Assembly: GCF_006345805.1 (NCBI RefSeq)
Contig: NC_043003.1
Span: forward strand, 29,946,001-30,010,000
Reading direction: 5' to 3'
DNA length: 64,000 nt
DNA from: Octopus sinensis
Taxonomy: Eukaryota
A program made the translations under genes and the position numbers. Below, in pieces: positions 61,617 to 64,000 of the stretch (positions are counted from its first letter, which is position 1; each line of letters starts with the position of its first letter). Below the pieces are notes generated by a model. The model was not told where the DNA came from. It did no database searches and worked only from the letters and a program-made list of their open reading frames with translations.

Positions 61617-62560
61617 TGGTGACCCCAAGTGACACTACTGTGTAAGTTTCAGCGCACATGCACAGAATTGGATTACTTCCAGTTGGCCACCGGAAGTTTC
61701 TTCATGCGCATGCGCAGGAACTGCAACCTGAAAGCCTGACCGCCGAATCGGTCTTTCTGGCAGAGCTCCCCCTCAAATGAGGAGGCACGAAACAAGCTGT
61801 GCATACAAAAAAATAGTTTTCTCCACCGCACTCAGTACACTATTAAAAAAAAATTGTCCTTACAAATTTTTTTTTTCTGTAGCCTTTACTGTTTCTTTTT
61901 TGTGCACACACACACTAGTACACGAACATATTTTTTGTTTCTTTGCTTTGTCGGTTTACTAGGTTCTCCATTTCTCGTCGTTTCTTTCTACTCGTTTCCC
62001 TTTGCTCTGACAGGCATTTCGGACGAACATGCCTGGATCGGGTTTACCCTTATTCACAGGGGATGCAGGCCTTTGGTTTGCCCAGATTGAATCGCACTTT
62101 ACCGCCCATGCTCTCCCTCCACAGCAGCAGTTGCGCATCTGCTCTACTCTAGCTTGCCTCCTCAACTCGCCACATCGGTCAGGGATCTGATAATGAGTCC
62201 CCACCCAGACGCCACATATGCGTCAGTCAAGACAGAGATTCTCCAACGCAACACGCGGTTGGAGGAGAGTAAGTTCAATGAATTAATGGCTGATGAGCAG
62301 TTGGGGGACAGGACTCCCTCACAATTCCTGCGCCACTTAAGGGAACTAAGTGGGAATGCAGCAGACGTGCCTCTGCTGTGAAAAATATTCTTCTCTAGGT
62401 TGCCTGCCAACGTGTAGACAATGTTGGCCACGGCTCTGGTGTCTGTTTCTATTGACCACATTGCCATGATGGCCGACAAAATATTGGAATTTTCCGGCCC
62501 ACCTTCATCATGGAGCTTGTATGCATGTACCGAGACCCCTCCAACAGCTTCTTTGACACA
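61617..62560 (+). mobile_element. Truncated Gypsy LTR retrotransposon (CsRn1-like): tRNA-Trp PBS, leader and gag pseudogene
   Basis: TGGTGACCCC at 61617 is complementary to the tRNA-Trp 3' end. Gag from ATG 62029: LPLFTGDAGLWFAQIESHF, frameshift, LPPQLATSVRDLI...EQLGDRTPSQFLRHLREL...RLPANV...ADKILE. Confidence 0.85.
61675..61716. promoter_or_regulatory. ETS-type and NRF1-type motif cluster
   Basis: acttcc at 61675-61680, accggaagt at 61689-61697 and the perfect palindrome tgcgcatgcgca at 61705-61716. Confidence 0.5.
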
Positions 62561-62574
62561 CAAACTCAGCCATG

Positions 62575-63272
62575 CAAAAACCAAAGAAGGGGTGTTTGTT
62601 GGTCCCCAAATTCAGCAACTTTTGACAGACGACAATTTTGAAAACACCTTAAATGTATTGGAATTGGATGCATGGCAAAGTTTCAGAAATGTATGTAATA
62701 GTCTACTTGGAAAGCACAGAGTAGCCAACTATGAAGTACTTGTAGAAAAGTTAATTGATTTGTACAAATCATTAGGGTGTAATATATTGTTAAAAGTTCA
62801 CTATTTGGATTTTGCATCTAGCTTTATTTCCTCAGAATGCAGCAAACGTCAGTGACGGACATGGTGAGAGATTCCACCAAGACATAAGTCAAATGGAAAC
62901 TCAATATAAGAGGAAGTGGAGTCCCGCAATACTTACTGACTTTTGCTGGTGTCTTCAGAGAGATAGACCTGATGCTATACATAGAAAGAAACAAAAATAT
63001 TGTACCAAAAAAAAAGATGTTCTTCCTTTAATAAAAGACGCAAATAACATTTTTCCTATTAATAACAGCCCATTTTGCAGAAAACTCACTTTAAATCTAG
63101 ATTTTCACAGAAAGTGGCCCACTTTCTAGCAAAAATGTACGCTTTAGTAATGGCCCATTTTATGAAACACTGGAGTCATTTCATGAAAAACAGAGTTCAT
63201 TTAGGTTATCTATGATAAAACTGTTCCAGAAAATGATGTTCTCTTCTCCATAGCAAAATCATTGCAGTAGTG
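62575..63272 (+). mobile_element. DNA transposase C-terminal remnant and right end, probably Chapaev3-type (CMC superfamily)
   Basis: KEGVFVGPQI...AWQSF...LGC...KVHYL...VSDGHGERFHQDISQME.QY..KW...DFCWCLQRD, one frameshift, terminus cagtagtg. Superfamily named from recall. Confidence 0.75.
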
Positions 63273-63869
63273 AAATCAGAAACAAGATCTAGGATTGTGA
63301 CACCAATCCAAAGAGGGACAAGAAAATGGTCAATGCTGTCTGAAATAGAAATTGATGACTGGAACTTGTTTATTCTTTATTTATACCTGACCCTTGCAAT
63401 ATGGCCATGCTCATTGCCAGTGTTTAATAAAAAGAAAACAGCAAGTAATGTCATGGTCGGGACACATAGAAGAATGAAGTATAACAGATCCTCCAAACCC
63501 ATGTCAGGATTAACAGCAATAATTGATAAAGGTAACAATTCTTGCTGATTTAGAATCCCGAACAAAATAAATAATTTTTTTTAGGTGAAATTAAAAAGAA
63601 CTGGAATATTTCAAAGCATCCCAATGAAAAATTCCAACAACTTCAAAAGAGAAATTTATTGAGATATTTTCAAAAACATTTTTTCCTTTTTTAGATATTA
63701 CAAAGTAATATGCCTATTATTCTGGAAAATAATGTTGCATGTGCAAAAAAAATAAATATGGCAAAAACAAAAAAGTTATTTCTTCAAGGTCAAATATCTG
63801 TCTAGGCATCAGTTGAGCTGTTCCTCTGGTTGATTAAAGTCATAATTTGATTTTCTCCATTTCAGATAA

Positions 63870-64000
63870 CCCATGGATGAACAAACATTTTAAGATCACA
63901 TTCAAAGATCACATTCAGCATTGCATGATGTATGAATTTCATAATGGCAACACTGCAACAAAAACACATGCAGTGTTTATCCTGATGGAGTAAGCACTTA
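63870..64000 (+). mobile_element. Mariner transposase N-terminal remnant, running off the window
   Basis: DHIQHCMMYEFHNGNTAT, frameshift, NTCSVYPDG; resembles the mariner HIRHxxLYEF HTH start. Confidence 0.6.

Noticed and set aside
61633-63272. CACTACTG...CAGTAGTG as TIRs of one CACTA-type element enclosing the gag
   Set aside because: Only 8 bp match, the flanks (tga and aaa) give no TSD, and PBS-leader-gag is more simply one Gypsy element.

Overview
AT-rich, microsatellite- and transposon-dense animal DNA, most likely an octopus (inferred from the SINE/RTE families and the C2H2 zinc-finger cluster). No bacterial-type genes, rRNA or CRISPR. Host content: (1) a stop-free ORF of at least 464 codons on the minus strand at 1394..1. 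It is absent from the ORF track because it runs off the window edge, and it has two internally similar, death-fold-like segments. (2) A C2H2 zinc-finger cluster: one intact 12-finger gene (22601..23737 +), two minus-strand pseudogenes that share a leader peptide, an upstream non-coding module and the same frameshift, and one plus-strand remnant. The rest is mostly mobile-element debris: Penelope-like, RTE (including BovB-like), CR1-like and CRE-like non-LTR elements, a Gypsy LTR element with tRNA-Trp PBS and gag, Tc1/mariner and Chapaev-like remnants, a candidate Helitron, MITEs, foldback elements and SINEs. The most unusual signals are the edge ORF, a 133-bp near-perfect palindrome in the position of the Gypsy 5' LTR, a SINE whose insertions share an AGGTAT junction, a foldback element with ~625-bp near-identical arms, an exact 172-bp templated insertion and a 26-bp perfect hairpin. 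All alignments and translations were done by eye; family names come from motif recognition, not database searches.
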